Shown here in pieces: positions 40,582 through 49,055 of a DNA stretch of 64,000 bases. This stretch comes from an uncultured Vicinamibacteraceae bacterium (lineage in GTDB: Bacteria; Acidobacteriota; Vicinamibacteria; Vicinamibacterales; UBA8438): the NCBI GenBank assembly GCA_964342185.1, contig CAYFER010000002.1, positions 23,717 to 87,716 of the forward strand, read 5' to 3'. The notes under the pieces are model-generated. The model did not search any database. It had not been told where the DNA came from and was given only the letters and a program-made list of their open reading frames with translations. Position 1 is the stretch's first letter. The number at the start of each line of letters is the position of its first letter. The position numbers were made by a program, and so were the translations under genes.

Positions 40582-42203
40582 GCTCGGCAGCAACACGTCT
40601 TCTCACGCGGCGATGGGCGGTACCGGACATGGCGACGCCCGTAGTCGACAGATTCTTCGACGCGTGGGCGGCCGGACATACCTCGATTGACCTCGCGCCT
40701 GAAGAGGTAAAGCTCCTAGCAACGTGTACGGCCGTCAGTGATGGGCACCGGCAGACGCCACTAGTCTTGCGAGGACATCGACTACAATCGTGGCGTCTGG
40801 ACCAAGCCGAAAGTCGCGTGGCCGGCCGGCTGCGGGGATTGGTGACAGCCGCACGGGCCACTAACGCTGTCGACCTAGAAGCGATGAACACACTGTTTCC
40901 GGCCGCGGAGTCGGCACAGCGTCGGGTGGCGATGGTTGGCGTACAACGAGAGTTCGCACTCGTCACCGGCGGTCCCGGGACGGGCAAGACGACGGTGGCA
41001 GCCCGATTGCTCGTATTGCTGGGGAATCGTGATCCCAACCTACGGATGGCATTGGTAGCACCAACGGGCAAAGCCGCCCGCCGCCTTGGTGAGGCTATCG
41101 GCAGTACGGTTTCCGGGTTGGATAACCGGTTTGCCAACGTTATGTCTCGGCTTGAAGTGGCCGCTCAAAACACGCGGACGCTTCACCAGTTACTCGGGTG
41201 GAATCGAACAACGGGTCATTGCCGTTTTCATGCCGGGAACCCATTGCCCTACGACATCATTGTGGTTGACGAAGCGTCGATGCTCGACCTGATGCTCTGG
41301 GACCGGTTACTCGAAGCAATTGCGGCAGGTACACAGCTCATCATTCTTGGTGATCATCGGCAGCTCGAAAGTGTTAAACCCGGTCGGGTACTGGGCGAAC
41401 TGGTGGTGGCTGCCAATGAGGGGTTACTGAATGGGGCGCACGTAGAACTGGACCAGAACTATCGATTCGATGCGGATGCAGGCATTGGTCGATTAGCGGC
41501 CGCCGTGAGGAATCATGACGGTGACGCAGCGTTACAGGTACTGACGGACGCTGAACGGACAGGTGACACGGTGCATTACACGTCGGATGCACTTGATGAT
41601 GCTGTGGATGAGATCTGGCCACAGGTCCAAGCGGTGGTCCAAGCAACAAACCCGAAAGAAACACTCGAGGCGCTCTCGCGGGTTCGCGTGCTCTGTGCAC
41701 TGAATCGCGGGCCGTATGGCGCCGCCGGGATGAATGCCCGGATCGAAAAGCGGTTGCAGCAGGATGGAATTGGTATTGGACCCACAGCGCATGGGCGGCC
41801 GGTGATCGTCACGGTAAATGATCCACAGCACAGTGGACTGATGAATGGTGATGTGGGTGTCGTGTTGCATAAGGTCTGCGGCTACGAGACCGGTGTCTAC
41901 TTCCCGGTACCGGGCACAGAGCAGACGCGTCGCGTCGCGGTCGAAGCGATGCCGCGCCATGAGACGGCATGGGCTCTAACCGTCCACCGATCACAGGGCA
42001 GTGAATTTGATACGGTCTTGCTCGTATTACCACCAACTACACATGAACTGGTCTCGTCAGAGCTGGTTTACACCGGTGTGACTCGGGCAAGATCGCAGGT
42101 GCTTGTCGCCGCCGACGCCAAGATCATTAGAGCGGCGTGCACTTGGCGGGAACCACGTCGAACAGGAATGTTTGAAAAGATACGGACAGTAATGACCAGC
42201 TGA
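40578..42203 (+). CDS. recD: Exodeoxyribonuclease V alpha subunit
   Basis: GGPGTGKTT, APTGKAA, TLHQLLG, VDEASM, GD..QL.SV, NGDVG, TVHRSQGSEF and YTGVTRA motifs. ATGA overlap with recB. Confidence 0.95.
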   Translation: MSSAATRLLTRRWAVPDMATPVVDRFFDAWAAGHTSIDLAPEEVKLLATCTAVSDGHRQTPLVLRGHRLQSWRLDQAESRVAGRLRGLVTAARATNAVDLEAMNTLFPAAESAQRRVAMVGVQREFALVTGGPGTGKTTVAARLLVLLGNRDPNLRMALVAPTGKAARRLGEAIGSTVSGLDNRFANVMSRLEVAAQNTRTLHQLLGWNRTTGHCRFHAGNPLPYDIIVVDEASMLDLMLWDRLLEAIAAGTQLIILGDHRQLESVKPGRVLGELVVAANEGLLNGAHVELDQNYRFDADAGIGRLAAAVRNHDGDAALQVLTDAERTGDTVHYTSDALDDAVDEIWPQVQAVVQATNPKETLEALSRVRVLCALNRGPYGAAGMNARIEKRLQQDGIGIGPTAHGRPVIVTVNDPQHSGLMNGDVGVVLHKVCGYETGVYFPVPGTEQTRRVAVEAMPRHETAWALTVHRSQGSEFDTVLLVLPPTTHELVSSELVYTGVTRARSQVLVAADAKIIRAACTWREPRRTGMFEKIRTVMTS

Positions 42204-42400
42204 AAACGTTGCAAGCTATTTGCTTAAACGAATCGATATTGACGGTTTTATCCCGGGCGTTAACACTGTCTGTGCAAAAAATGTTGAAAGGTTGTGCGAT
42301 CGTTGTGGAAAATGTGACAAGAACAATTTTTCTTGCTTCTGTTCACTGCATGTTCCAACAGATACCTACCTGTTAATGAAATTTTCGCCTGTCACTTCGC

Positions 42401-42428
42401 TTGACGTTCCCGCTCATCGCGATAGAAT
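42401..42428 (+). promoter_or_regulatory. Sigma70-type promoter TTGACG-N16-TAGAAT
   Basis: Near-consensus boxes about 65 nt upstream of the 42492 ORF. Confidence 0.55.
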
Positions 42429-42491
42429 TTTGCGTCTATAGACAAGTGCATAAAGCAACTGTCGTACCGAATACTCGAAGACCTCGTCGAC

Positions 42492-42707
42492 GTGACATTA
42501 CACCGATTCGAAGAGACCATTAACGGTCGTGTTTACAAGATCGAAGTATCGGCTGTACGTCCCGACCGGTGGCGTGCGTGCCTCGTCACACTGACAGGCG
42601 GACCAAATGCCCTCATGCCTTTCTATGGTCGCACCCCAACTGAAGCTGCTGAACTCCTGCGGGGCTTTCTTTCGCGTGCCCACCAAGTAGCGTCTGGACC
42701 AGCTTAG
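42492..42707 (+). CDS. Small hypothetical protein, HicB N-terminal-like pattern
   Basis: YKIEVSAVRPDRWRACLV...FYGRTPTEAAELL. Has its own predicted promoter. Confidence 0.7.
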   Translation: MTLHRFEETINGRVYKIEVSAVRPDRWRACLVTLTGGPNALMPFYGRTPTEAAELLRGFLSRAHQVASGPA

Positions 42708-42917
42708 CCATTGGTGACGTCACCTTTTCACCCAACATAAAATCGAGTATCGGTTCACAACTACGTAGCCCTGAAATTCTGGTACAACCCTGTTGCAATG
42801 GTCTAGAATCGCTCGCCACAAATGACCGACTGAGCCAAAGTCGAAAGTCTCTAAATCGTTCGGAACGATAGCTTAACAAGCAGGTAATCTGAACGGCACG
42901 AGGTGAGGGAACTGAAA

Positions 42918-42993
42918 TGGTGGACCAGACGGGGGTCGAACCCGTGACCTCGTGAATGCCATTCACGCGCGCTCCCAACTGCGCCACTGGCCC
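42918..42993 (-). tRNA. tRNA-Ala (GGC)
   Basis: 76-nt cloverleaf GGGCCAG...CGTGA-ATGGCAT-TCACG...GGTTCGAC...CTGGTCCACCA, with G3:U70 and encoded CCA. Confidence 0.97.
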
Positions 42994-43045
42994 ACACTTT
43001 TTATTCTAAGCCTACCGTTGGTGGACAATCAACGAAGCGACTTGA

Positions 43046-43675
43046 TTAGTGATCGGTTTCTTCGGGAGGTGCGCTGTTAAATGCCCGCATGTAATCCGCT
43101 GGGGTGTCAATATCAAGAAATGAGCCCTCAGAATCAACGGCAAGCTCAACCGCATCCGTCAGGTGGGTATGAACGACTGCTTTCGCTCCCACAGCGTGAT
43201 CGGCTCTTCTGAGTTCAGAAAACACAGCGCGATCAAAAATCACAGGGTGGCCATGTCGGCCGTTGCGAGTGGGTCGAACCACCGGAGCGCGAGTTTCTTG
43301 ATATAACTCTTTCAACTGGTATACCGTTTCGGAATCGATTAATGGCACATCAACTAGCGTGACAAGCACTCCAGCAACACCTGGCCTGTCCACCACGCTC
43401 AACCCCACCAGTAATGATGAGAGTTGGCCCCGGTCAGGAAGCTGGTTGATTACCACTCGAGGTAGTGGCTCTTGGCCTGTGAAAGCCACATCTAGGGCTG
43501 GCATATGGGGTCCGACAACGACGACGACATCATCAACACCACCCTCTCGAAGCACTCTGACGATCCGGCCAATAAACGTCTCGTTAGCTTGAGAAGTTGG
43601 TAACAACGCCTTGTGCTGGCCCATCCGCCGAGAACGACCACCGCAAAGAACAATGCCTGGAACAATGTTACTCAT
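43046..43675 (-). CDS. NTP-transferase, MocA (Moco cytidylyltransferase)-like
   Basis: LCGGRSRRMGQHKALL, GQLSSL, LVDVP, GHPVIF and DIDTPADY motifs. Confidence 0.88.
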   Translation of the reverse strand: MSNIVPGIVLCGGRSRRMGQHKALLPTSQANETFIGRIVRVLREGGVDDVVVVVGPHMPALDVAFTGQEPLPRVVINQLPDRGQLSSLLVGLSVVDRPGVAGVLVTLVDVPLIDSETVYQLKELYQETRAPVVRPTRNGRHGHPVIFDRAVFSELRRADHAVGAKAVVHTHLTDAVELAVDSEGSFLDIDTPADYMRAFNSAPPEETDH

Positions 43676-43858
43676 GTCAGACGAAAACCCACGTTTCTGA
43701 ACCCCAGTCAGCAATTACTCACAGCCTCACCTACCGCAGTGTTCATAGTCTAACGCTCACAATAAGCTGAAGATAGAATGTTGTCGAACAACTGACTACT
43801 CAAGGACACTAAAATCAAGTTACTGGCCAACTGAAGCGTCCCACTGTAAAATTCGGCC

Positions 43859-44113
43859 ATGCATGACGTTAAGGTTCAAATTCGGTGCCAACGCTGTGGT
43901 AACCAGATGGACCTCAAAGACCCCGGACCGAACGACGACTGGCCGCCAAATCAGTTCTGGGAATGTCCAGAATGTGGACGCCATTTCTGGACCACATACC
44001 CACCACCAAAAAAACCTGCACCGCCGAAAGCTGCTGCGCCAATCAACTCTGACAAAGCTACCGGAGCGTCGACCACGACGGTGTCGGACACAAAATCGGC
44101 GCCTGAGAGTTAA
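43859..44113 (+). CDS. Small zinc-ribbon protein with Pro/Lys/Ala-rich tail
   Basis: CQRC...WECPECGRHFW. TAAAAT 6 nt before the ATG. Confidence 0.75.
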   Translation: MHDVKVQIRCQRCGNQMDLKDPGPNDDWPPNQFWECPECGRHFWTTYPPPKKPAPPKAAAPINSDKATGASTTTVSDTKSAPES

Positions 44114-44190
44114 GATAACACCCCGGCAGGACGACCTCTGCCAAGTCGTAGCATATTGGGGATACAATTCCGCTAAATATACGTAAATGG

Positions 44191-44219
44191 TTGACTTCTG
44201 TCAGATACCTCAATAGACT
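44191..44219 (+). promoter_or_regulatory. Sigma70-type promoter TTGACT-N17-TAGACT of the cold-shock gene
   Basis: Near-consensus boxes with 17-nt spacing. Confidence 0.6.
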
Positions 44220-44388
44220 GGCCACCTTTCAGCCGGGGTTCTACCCTGAAGCCTGAAGTCGTCTTTGAAGCGCCAGTGCATCAGTGATGCGTTTCAAACG
44301 GGTGTCAAGGAGAGCCGCCATGGCTCACGGGAGCGCAGCCTCTGATCTCGACGTCTTAGGTTCGCGCGACCAGCTTCGGAGGGCCGGT

Positions 44389-44595
44389 ATGCCGAATGGC
44401 ACGATCGCACGTCTATTGATTGACAAAGGATTCGGATTCATCCGCGATGAAGGTGGTATAGAACATTTCTTTCACCGTAGTGCGGTTCGTGGTGCGGTGT
44501 TTGAGCTTCTGAGAGAAGGTCAGAGAGTGGACTTTACCATTGAAGAATCACAAAAAGGTCCTCGGGCCGGTGAAGTTAGGTTGATCGAAAACTAG
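44389..44595 (+). CDS. Cold-shock domain protein (possible alternative start at 44320)
   Basis: GTI...KGFGFI (RNP1), FFHRS (RNP2), L.EGQRV.F and KGPRA motifs. Confidence 0.93.
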   Translation: MPNGTIARLLIDKGFGFIRDEGGIEHFFHRSAVRGAVFELLREGQRVDFTIEESQKGPRAGEVRLIEN

Positions 44596-44757
44596 TTGCC
44601 CTATGTGGTGAGCCGACAGACCTAGTTTCTCAGCACTTAGATTTCTTTTGTTCCAGTTCGAGAATCCGTCTTCCTCGCGCTGGGTCATACCTGTGGTACG
44701 CGCGACAATCTTGTAACCACGGTGCGCCGCCTCAACAAAAGTCGACAGATAAACTAT

Positions 44758-44854
44758 GGAAGCGAACGGGGCCCGGTGGCCCTCCCGGTCTTCAAAATCG
44801 GTCGCTCCCCGCCAACGCGGGGGGGCTGGGTTCGACTCCCAGGCGCTTCCGCCA
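44758..44854 (+). tRNA. selC: tRNA-Sec (TCA)
   Basis: GGAAGCG acceptor start, 6-bp D stem with CGGT loop, anticodon loop CTTCAAA, long variable arm, TTCGACT T-loop and G73-CCA end. 97 nt. Confidence 0.95.
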
Positions 44855-44901
44855 TTTCTGTAACCACCTGTGCACCCCAATCGTATCCCTTGAAGTTTTG
44901 G

Positions 44902-45339
44902 TCACGATCCCGAACCTACCACCTTGTCCATGAATGCAGCAATACCAGCCTGAGCCACTTGCTCATCTTGGTCTGGATGACCTGAACTACATCCCACACC
45001 ACCAACGATTTGGTCGTCGACAAAGATAGGAAGGCCCCCGGCCACCACCATGAAGCGACCTTGATGGCTGACATGAATCCCGAAAGCGGGTCCACCTGGT
45101 CCACTGATTTCCCCGTAGGCACGGGTTGATCTACGCGCGGCAGCAGCCGTAAACGCCTTACTGATCGCCACTTCAATACTAGTGATTCTGGCATCGTCCA
45201 TCCTATGGAACATTAGTAGACTGCCACTATCGTCAGTAATAGCAATATCCATATCGACACCGATTTCTTGAGATTTAGCTTCGGCGGCAGCCATCATGAC
45301 CCTGGCATCATCCAGCGTCAGCTTTGAAACTTTTTTCAT
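44902..45339 (-). CDS. GlcG/HbpS family heme-binding protein
   Basis: IAITDDSG.L..F.RMD, A.SKAFTA, GGLPI and GGVG.S...D.QVAQAG motifs. Confidence 0.9.
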   Translation of the reverse strand: MKKVSKLTLDDARVMMAAAEAKSQEIGVDMDIAITDDSGSLLMFHRMDDARITSIEVAISKAFTAAAARRSTRAYGEISGPGGPAFGIHVSHQGRFMVVAGGLPIFVDDQIVGGVGCSSGHPDQDEQVAQAGIAAFMDKVVGSGS

Positions 45340-45349
45340 TGGTTTAACC

Positions 45350-45724
45350 TCATTCGTAGTCCACCTCGGTGAATCCTGCCTCATTAGTCCACTGCACACG
45401 GCTCAACGGCAATTCACCATCATCGGCCCGATCATAGAAATACACTAAGATTTCTACATATTGAGTAACAATCGGCGCAATTAACTGTTCTGCGATCGCC
45501 AGAGTATCAGCATCTGAATCAACTGCGACCTCGATGGTAAAAGCGCCGTGTGCAGTAGCCATTTCCAGTATCGAGTACTCCTCATTGTCCAAGAGCATCT
45601 CAGTAGAACGAAGTGAGCCCGCGTGCGGCTCAGTGGCTGGGACGGATTCGCGGCATCCTAGACCACCAGCCAAGAGAAAGCATAAGAACATTACCCGTGG
45701 ACGCCAATGTTCCCTCCGCGACAT
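45350..45724 (-). CDS. Hypothetical lipoprotein
   Basis: Basic-hydrophobic N-terminus with GLGC lipobox. TGgTACCTT 6 nt upstream. Confidence 0.65.
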   Translation of the reverse strand: MSRREHWRPRVMFLCFLLAGGLGCRESVPATEPHAGSLRSTEMLLDNEEYSILEMATAHGAFTIEVAVDSDADTLAIAEQLIAPIVTQYVEILVYFYDRADDGELPLSRVQWTNEAGFTEVDYE

Positions 45725-45771
45725 GTGGGGAAGGTACCACAGATGCGCCAAATAGCACTATGATTGAACCC

Positions 45772-46434
45772 ATGAGACCAGAAAGACGAAAGCTGCTGCT
45801 TCCTCAACTGGCTATTGTCTGGATCCTTGGCCTCACTGCGATGGCGCCTGCTGCTCAAGCACCTGAGTCCAGCAATGATCCAGATGTCGTCTTCAACCAA
45901 GCAATTCGTGATTTCTTTTCAGGAAACATCAAGAAATCGGCTGATGGTTTTGATCAATTAGTAGAACTGGCTCCAAGCACCATACCTCGCCTTTGGCAAC
46001 GTGGCATCGTCTTGTATTACGCTGGACGATACGACGACTGTCGTAAGCAATTCGAATCGCATCGCACCTACAACCCGAACGACGTCGAAAATGCAGCATG
46101 GCATTTCTTATGTGTCGCTCTATTAGAATCACCCGAGCAAGCCAAATTAGAACTTCTCCCGGTGGGTCCTGACTCACGTCGTCCAATGCAGGAAGTATAC
46201 GGTCTCTTTGCCGGTGAACTAACAGCAACTGAAGTTTTGGCTGCGACTCAAGGTGAATTAAGTGCTGAGTTCTTCGCCAATTTGTATCTCGGTTTGCATG
46301 CGGAAGCACTGGGAAACAATCAAGCAGCAATCGATTACCTTCAAATGGCAGCCGACGCCAAATATGCCAGAGTTGGCGGATACATGCACATGGTTGCGCG
46401 GGTACATCTATCTCTCCAGACCGTCAGTCGCTAA
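45772..46434 (+). CDS. Exported TPR protein (NlpI-like)
   Basis: Signal peptide, WQRGIVLYYAGRY, NPNDVENAAW and FFANLYLGL motifs. Confidence 0.75.
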   Translation: MRPERRKLLLPQLAIVWILGLTAMAPAAQAPESSNDPDVVFNQAIRDFFSGNIKKSADGFDQLVELAPSTIPRLWQRGIVLYYAGRYDDCRKQFESHRTYNPNDVENAAWHFLCVALLESPEQAKLELLPVGPDSRRPMQEVYGLFAGELTATEVLAATQGELSAEFFANLYLGLHAEALGNNQAAIDYLQMAADAKYARVGGYMHMVARVHLSLQTVSR

Positions 46435-47163
46435 CCCGCTACGTCTGGAAAAATTAAGAATCGAAAGAAACTCGTCTGGACGACTGAGATCAGAGAGCGC
46501 AATAGTGGCTCCCTTCTTCTTAAGGGTCTCGACATCGTACGAGCCCGTGGCGACTGCAATTGACTGGGCGCCGCCGACCTGAGCACAAAGAATATCAAGG
46601 GGTGTATCACCGACAACAAAAACATTCTCGGGAGAACCAATGACAATTCCGAGCGCACGAGCCCTCTTTAGGGCAACCGGGAAAAGATCGTTGCGCTCGG
46701 CACCATCTTCGCCATAGGCTCCAGAGAAAAAGAATGACCAAAGCCCAAAATGTTTAAGCTTTGTCTTTGCCGCGCGAGCGTAGTTTCCGGTTAATAGGCC
46801 AAGATAAATGTCTCGCTGCTTCTGTAACCGACCTAGCAAACGTTTGACTCCGGGCATAAGACGTTTTCGCGGATTCGGCTTCAGAATCTCGACCTCCAAC
46901 AAATCACAGTATCGGTCCTGAAACGCTTGGCGTTGAGATTCGTCCAGAACAAGCCCGGTTCGACGAACGGCATCATTAAGCAAAAGCGGGTCGGTTCGCC
47001 CAGCAACCGGGATTTGGTCAAAAGCATTGGGCTTCCCAAACAACTCTAAGAAAGCTCTGTTCAGCGCGCGCGTGCCAGCCCCTCCTGAAAGTAACAGAGT
47101 GCCATCGATATCAAATAGAAGGAGCCGTCGTTTGTTTTCTTGATGTTTCGTACTCACGAGCAC
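46408..47163 (-). CDS. HAD-superfamily hydrolase (phosphoglycolate phosphatase-like)
   Basis: FDIDGTL, LLTGN, GDTPLD and AVATG motifs. Confidence 0.9.
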   Translation of the reverse strand: MLVSTKHQENKRRLLLFDIDGTLLLSGGAGTRALNRAFLELFGKPNAFDQIPVAGRTDPLLLNDAVRRTGLVLDESQRQAFQDRYCDLLEVEILKPNPRKRLMPGVKRLLGRLQKQRDIYLGLLTGNYARAAKTKLKHFGLWSFFFSGAYGEDGAERNDLFPVALKRARALGIVIGSPENVFVVGDTPLDILCAQVGGAQSIAVATGSYDVETLKKKGATIALSDLSRPDEFLSILNFSRRSGLATDGLER

Positions 47164-47648
47164 TATTGCGATTCGGTATCGTTCAGGAGAACATTGATTT
47201 GGTCAACAATCCGAGCACTCAGCGACATTGCTGCCACCTCAGTTCGAAGTGCCATAAAATTTGCTGCAATTGCGGAAATCGCTAATATCGAGTGTACTCC
47301 CGCTGGAAGAGCTCCAGTATCCACACCGCCGCCGACAATTGCGGTAAACATCGTCAGGAACATAGCAACCGTGGCAATCGAAAACACAGGTTTTCTAGCT
47401 GCAGCCACCACCGTATAGAGGTCCGGTGATAACTGTCCTTCCGATACGGCTTCGCGCACGGCCTTACCTTTACCAATCAAATAGAACATTGTCATCGAGT
47501 GCGACAACAGCATAATCAATGTGGAAAAAATTCCGACACTTACGTGCTGGAAAACAGCATCAGAGGTCGCAGCCAAGAAACCAACCACCGCTGCGTAAAC
47601 TAATCCGAGGAGACCAAGCCCCGTCGCTGTAATTAGAGCAGCCGACAT
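47163..47648 (-). CDS. Four-TM hypothetical membrane protein
   Basis: Hydrophobic helices with membrane His residues (QH, SHS..MFY.IG.GK, VH). Confidence 0.75.
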   Translation of the reverse strand: MSAALITATGLGLLGLVYAAVVGFLAATSDAVFQHVSVGIFSTLIMLLSHSMTMFYLIGKGKAVREAVSEGQLSPDLYTVVAAARKPVFSIATVAMFLTMFTAIVGGGVDTGALPAGVHSILAISAIAANFMALRTEVAAMSLSARIVDQINVLLNDTESQ

Positions 47649-47655
47649 GCGTCGA

Positions 47656-48195
47656 TCATATCAGTGAGGAGTCTGGCCTTCGCGCTAAAAGACTGGCTTC
47701 CGCAGCCGGTGTAGTCCGCTCTTCATAGGCCCACACATCCCAGCCGGAAAAGGCTTGCCGCAGTTCTCCAGATGCCAGCAGGTGCTCTTCCGCGCGGGGA
47801 CCCCAATCGTAACGACGCTGAAAAATCGTAAAAGTCTCATATAGAACAAACCCACCTGGCACCACAGCGTGGCGGAGACCTCGCCACAAGGTTCGTTGGA
47901 GATAGCGGGAACAAATGACCAGGTCAAAATGACATTTCGGTAGCGGGCTTACCTCCAGATCGGCCACCCAAATCTCCGGCTGGCCACCACAACCTAGAAT
48001 CTGATCTCTGGCCACTTTAAGTCGACCGTGATTTCGGTCAACACCAAACACTCGAAATCCATGTCGGACTAATTCGACACTGTTCCGACCTGATCCCATC
48101 GCCACATCCAAGGCTAAAGGATTGGACCCTAACGATGGACGAAGATCTTCCAAACGCTTCTTCACAAACTCGGAAGGCCCGGAAGGCAACATCAT
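47656..48195 (-). CDS. Class I SAM-dependent methyltransferase (TehB-like)
   Basis: LDVAMGSGRN, FDLVI, YLQR and PGG..LYETF motifs. Confidence 0.85.
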   Translation of the reverse strand: MMLPSGPSEFVKKRLEDLRPSLGSNPLALDVAMGSGRNSVELVRHGFRVFGVDRNHGRLKVARDQILGCGGQPEIWVADLEVSPLPKCHFDLVICSRYLQRTLWRGLRHAVVPGGFVLYETFTIFQRRYDWGPRAEEHLLASGELRQAFSGWDVWAYEERTTPAAEASLLARRPDSSLI

Positions 48196-49040
48196 CGGCG
48201 AGTAAGAACTGCACCATGTATCGCGCGCAGGCGTTCGGCCAACAATCTAAATTCTTCATCTGGAAGACCAACTGAACCAAAACTGGAAGCACGATGATGG
48301 TCATCGCCATGAAAATCGGATCCTCCAGTCATCAGTAGATTCCACCGATTCGCCAGTTTGCGGTAGTGTAACCGCTTTGAAGGCTTGTGATCTGGATGAT
48401 AAACCTCAAGAGCAGTCAACCCTGCTCGTTTAAGGCTCGGTACTAGATCATCCCGTTTTAATAAGCCGGGGTGGGCCAAAGATGAAACGCCTCCTGCTCT
48501 TGATATGAGCCGCACGACGTCTTCAGGGGACGACCCCTTACGAGGAACGTAAGCCGGACCACGATCGCCGATCCAGCGGTCGAACGCTTCTTTTATTCCG
48601 TTCACATACCCTGCATCTGCGAGGGCACGGGCTAACAGAGGCCTCGCCAGAGACTGTTTCTTAGATTTTGTCGATTGGACGATTGAATCAATAGGAATTG
48701 GCATACCCAACGCCTTCAATTTTTCGGCCATGGCGCGGGCGCGAGCAATCCGATCATCACGCTGTACCCGAAGAAACACATCGAGACCTGGAGGCGATAT
48801 ATCCAGAAAGTAACCGAGAACGTGAACATCTCGACCATCAATAACGGCCGTAACTTCAATCCCAGGAATAAAGTCAATCTTGAGTTTCGAGGCCACGTCG
48901 GCTGCCGCTGAGACACCCGCCATGGTGTCGTGATCGGTGACACTAAAATTCTTGATGCCTGCCTTGTTGACCCGATCAACAACTTCTTCTGGGCTGAGCA
49001 ACCCATCCGATGCTGTCGTATGGAGATGAAGGTCGACCAC
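48192..49040 (-). CDS. PHP-domain phosphoesterase (YciV/TrpH-like)
   Basis: DLHLHTTASDG, TDHDT, GIE, HVLGY, AHP and GGSDFHG motifs. Confidence 0.92.
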   Translation of the reverse strand: MVDLHLHTTASDGLLSPEEVVDRVNKAGIKNFSVTDHDTMAGVSAAADVASKLKIDFIPGIEVTAVIDGRDVHVLGYFLDISPPGLDVFLRVQRDDRIARARAMAEKLKALGMPIPIDSIVQSTKSKKQSLARPLLARALADAGYVNGIKEAFDRWIGDRGPAYVPRKGSSPEDVVRLISRAGGVSSLAHPGLLKRDDLVPSLKRAGLTALEVYHPDHKPSKRLHYRKLANRWNLLMTGGSDFHGDDHHRASSFGSVGLPDEEFRLLAERLRAIHGAVLTRR

Positions 49041-49055
49041 CGTTTACGATGCACC

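Noticed and set aside
40136-41137. 333-aa antisense ORF over the recB/recD junction, and other long shadow ORFs
   Set aside because: They lie opposite clear genes in GC-rich sequence and have no recognisable motifs.
42220-42441. 73-aa Cys-rich ORF right after recD
   Set aside because: TTG start with no Shine-Dalgarno sequence, AT-rich composition unlike recD, and overlap with a good promoter for the next gene. Probably spurious, though not excluded.
42613-42987. ORFs 42613-42987 and 44548-44880/44722-44985
   Set aside because: They are translations across the tRNA-Ala and tRNA-Sec genes.
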